A DNA stretch of 24,515 nucleotides, taken from Myxococcales bacterium (GTDB taxonomy: Bacteria > Myxococcota > Myxococcia > Myxococcales > Anaeromyxobacteraceae). This document shows positions 22,154-24,515 of this stretch, piece by piece (within the stretch, counting starts at the first letter, position 1; each line of letters starts with the position of its first letter). The stretch spans positions 1 through 24,515 of the forward strand of contig JBBQEB010000047.1 of the NCBI GenBank assembly GCA_038320275.1, read 5' to 3'. The notes under the pieces were generated by a model. It saw only the letters and a program-made list of their open reading frames with translations. It made no database searches and was not told the DNA's origin. Both the position numbers and the translations under genes were made by a program.

Positions 22154-23938
22154 ATGGGCACCAACGTCGGGACATTCATCCTGCAGCGCCTGGTGGCCTG
22201 GGGCGTGCGGCGCGTCTTCGGGTTTCCGGGGGACGGCATCAACGGGATCTTCGGCGGCTTCCATCACGTGAAGGAGCTCGAGCTGGTGCAGGTCCGGCAC
22301 GAGGAGATGGCCGCCTTCATGGCCTGCGCCCACGCCAAGTTCGCGCGCCAGGTCGGCGTCTGCATGGCGACCTCGGGTCCCGGCGCCATCCACCTCCTCA
22401 ACGGCCTCTACGACGCCAAGCTGGACCACCAGCCGGTGGTCGCCATCGTGGGGCAGTCCGCGCGTTCGGCCATGGGCGGCGACTATCAGCAGGAGGTCGA
22501 TCTCCAGAACCTCTTCAAGGACGTCGCCCGCGCCTTCGTGCAGACGCTCATGGTGCCGCAGCAGGCGCGCCAGCTCATCGACCGCGCGGTTCGCATCGCC
22601 CTCGCCGAGCGGACGGTCACCTGCGTCATCGTGCCCAACGACGTGCAGGAGCTCCCCATCGAGCAGCCTCCGGAGAAGCACGGGACGGTGCACACGGGGA
22701 TCGGTCGGGGCTGGCTGGCGCCGAGGGTAGTCCCGCGCGACGAGGATCTCGCCGCGGCGGCCGAGATCCTGAACGCCGGGAAGAAGGTGGCGCTCCTGGT
22801 GGGCGCGGGGGCGAAGGGCGCGGCCGCCGAGGTGGCCCAGGTGGCGGACGTGCTCGGCACGGGCTGCGCCAAGGCGCTCCTCGGGAAGGACGTCCTCCCG
22901 GACGACCTGCCCTGGGTGACGGGCTCGATCGGCCTGCTCGGCACCAAGCCGAGCTGGGACATGATGATGGAGTGCGACACGCTCCTCATGGTGGGATCGA
23001 GCTTTCCCTACTCGGAGTTCCTGCCCAAGGAGGGCCAGGCGCGCGGGGTCCAGATCGACCTCGATGGCCGCATGCTCGCCCTGCGCTACCCCATGGAGCT
23101 CTCGCTGGTGGGCGACGCGCGCGAGACGCTGCGGGCGCTCCTCCCGCTCCTCCGCCGCAAGGAGGACCGCTCCTTCCGCCAGGGGATCGAGGCAGGCGTG
23201 GCGCAGTGGTGGAAGGTGCTCGCGGCGCGGGCGCACGAGCCCGCCAGGCCGGTGAACCCCCAGCTCGTGTTCTGGGAGCTCTCGCCCCGGCTCCCCGACG
23301 GCGCCATCCTGTGCGCCGACTCGGGCACCACCGCCAACTGGTTCGCGCGCGATCTCCGCATCCGGCCGGGCATGATGGCGTCGCTCTCCGGCAACCTCGC
23401 CACCATGGGCCCGGCCGTGCCCTACGCCATCGGGGCGAAGTTCGCCTTTCCCGACCGGGTGGTCTTCGCGCTGGCGGGCGACGGCGCGATGCAGATGAAC
23501 GGAACGGGCGAGCTCGTCACCGTCGCGAAGTACTGGAGGAAGTGGAAGGACCCGCGCCTCGTGGTGCTGGTGCTCAACAACCGCGATCTCAACATGGTCA
23601 CCTGGGAGCAGCGGGTGATGGCTGGCGACCCGAAGCTGTCCGCCTCGCAGGACGTGCCCGACTTCCCTTACGCGCGCTACGCGGAGGCGATCGGGCTTCG
23701 AGGCGTGCGCATCGAGAAGCCGGAGGACATCGTTCCCGCATGGGAGGCGGCGCTGTCCGCCGACCGCCCCTGCGTCGTGGAGGCGGTGGTCGATCCCGAC
23801 GTGCCGCCGCTGCCCCCCCACATCACCGTCGCGCAGGCCAAGTCGCTCGTGGAGGCGCTCTGGAAGGGCGATCCAGACCGCGCCGAGATCATCCGGCAGG
23901 CCTGGCGGGAGGTGGTGGGCGCCTGGGTGAAGTCGTGA
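22154..23938 (+). CDS. Thiamine diphosphate-dependent enzyme, pyruvate oxidase/dehydrogenase (PoxB/YdaP)-like subfamily, 594 aa
   Basis: SD GGGAGG at 22141-22146. FGFPGDGING, catalytic Glu in VRHEEMAAF, TSGPGAIHLLNGLYDAKLD, SLSGNLATMG and ThDP motif GDGAMQMN...VLNN. Confidence 0.93.
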   Translation: MGTNVGTFILQRLVAWGVRRVFGFPGDGINGIFGGFHHVKELELVQVRHEEMAAFMACAHAKFARQVGVCMATSGPGAIHLLNGLYDAKLDHQPVVAIVGQSARSAMGGDYQQEVDLQNLFKDVARAFVQTLMVPQQARQLIDRAVRIALAERTVTCVIVPNDVQELPIEQPPEKHGTVHTGIGRGWLAPRVVPRDEDLAAAAEILNAGKKVALLVGAGAKGAAAEVAQVADVLGTGCAKALLGKDVLPDDLPWVTGSIGLLGTKPSWDMMMECDTLLMVGSSFPYSEFLPKEGQARGVQIDLDGRMLALRYPMELSLVGDARETLRALLPLLRRKEDRSFRQGIEAGVAQWWKVLAARAHEPARPVNPQLVFWELSPRLPDGAILCADSGTTANWFARDLRIRPGMMASLSGNLATMGPAVPYAIGAKFAFPDRVVFALAGDGAMQMNGTGELVTVAKYWRKWKDPRLVVLVLNNRDLNMVTWEQRVMAGDPKLSASQDVPDFPYARYAEAIGLRGVRIEKPEDIVPAWEAALSADRPCVVEAVVDPDVPPLPPHITVAQAKSLVEALWKGDPDRAEIIRQAWREVVGAWVKS

Positions 23939-24515
23939 GGCGCGCGGGCACCAGGCCCGCCGCCCCCGTGGAGGCCATCGAGGTCAGGGCTGCCGTCGTC
24001 CCCACCGACGCGCCGGAGTCCGACGGCACCTTCGCGTGGGATCGAACGACCGTCGTCCTCGTTCGCGCGCGCGCGGGTGGTGAGGAGGGCATCGGCTGGA
24101 CCTACGCCGACCTCGCCACGGCGAGGCTCGCCAGCGATGCTCTCGCCAAGGTGGTGACAGGCCTCGACGCCCTGGACGTCGAGGCCGCCTACGTCGCCAC
24201 CACGTCCGCGGTGAGAAACCTGGGGCGCCCGGGGATCGCCGCGATGGCCATCTCTGCCATCGACGCGGCGCTGTGGGATCTCAAGGCGCGGCTCCTCCAG
24301 GTGTCGCTCGCCAGCCTCCTCGGCGCCGCGCGGGAGGGCATACCCGCTTACGGGAGCGGAGGCTTCACCTCCTACGACGACGGGCAGCTCGCCGAGCAGC
24401 TCTCGGGCTGGGCCGGCCAGGGGCTGCGGATGGTGAAGATGAAGGTCGGCCGCGATCCGGCCGACGATCCGCGCAGGGTGACCGTCGCGCGCCGCGCCGT
24501 GGGCGAGGCCGTGGA
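23935..24515 (+). CDS. Mandelate racemase/muconate lactonizing enzyme (enolase superfamily) protein, truncated by the window end
   Basis: Not in the ORF track; translated by hand from GTG 23935 (GTGA overlap): MRRAGTRPAAPVEAIEV...PTDAPESDGTFAWDRTT...GIGWTY...AISAIDAALWDLKAR...LLG...IPAYGSGGFTSY...VKMKVG. It contains the KxK motif and is open to the end of the window. Confidence 0.9.
   Translation, partial: MRRAGTRPAAPVEAIEVRAAVVPTDAPESDGTFAWDRTTVVLVRARAGGEEGIGWTYADLATARLASDALAKVVTGLDALDVEAAYVATTSAVRNLGRPGIAAMAISAIDAALWDLKARLLQVSLASLLGAAREGIPAYGSGGFTSYDDGQLAEQLSGWAGQGLRMVKMKVGRDPADDPRRVTVARRAVGEAV

Overview
This is a very GC-rich bacterial chromosomal window; codon style and gene content suggest Myxococcota, Anaeromyxobacter-like (inference). 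It has four blocks. (1) 1-2100: a secreted hypothetical protein, a ~600-bp intergenic region rich in palindromes, and a probably frameshifted membrane protein gene. (2) 2154-8878, minus strand: a co-oriented run aat-clpS-clpA-GST-hrpB, i.e. the Leu/N-degron proteolysis pathway followed by a glutathione S-transferase and an RNA helicase that carries an in-frame hexamer microsatellite. (3) 9210-21636, plus strand, divergent from aat: a translationally coupled 12-gene respiratory operon encoding alternative complex III (actABCDEFG), an SCO copper chaperone and an A2-type caa3 cytochrome c oxidase. (4) 21719-end: an Anabaena-sensory-rhodopsin-transducer (ASRT) family gene with no adjacent rhodopsin, followed by a pyruvate-oxidase-like ThDP enzyme and a truncated mandelate-racemase-family enzyme. 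I found no CRISPR array, rRNA, intact tRNA or transposase. Most of the content is established biology. The best candidates for something undescribed are the ASRT-ThDP-enolase module, the extended N-degron operon and the regulatory motifs at 829-1142.
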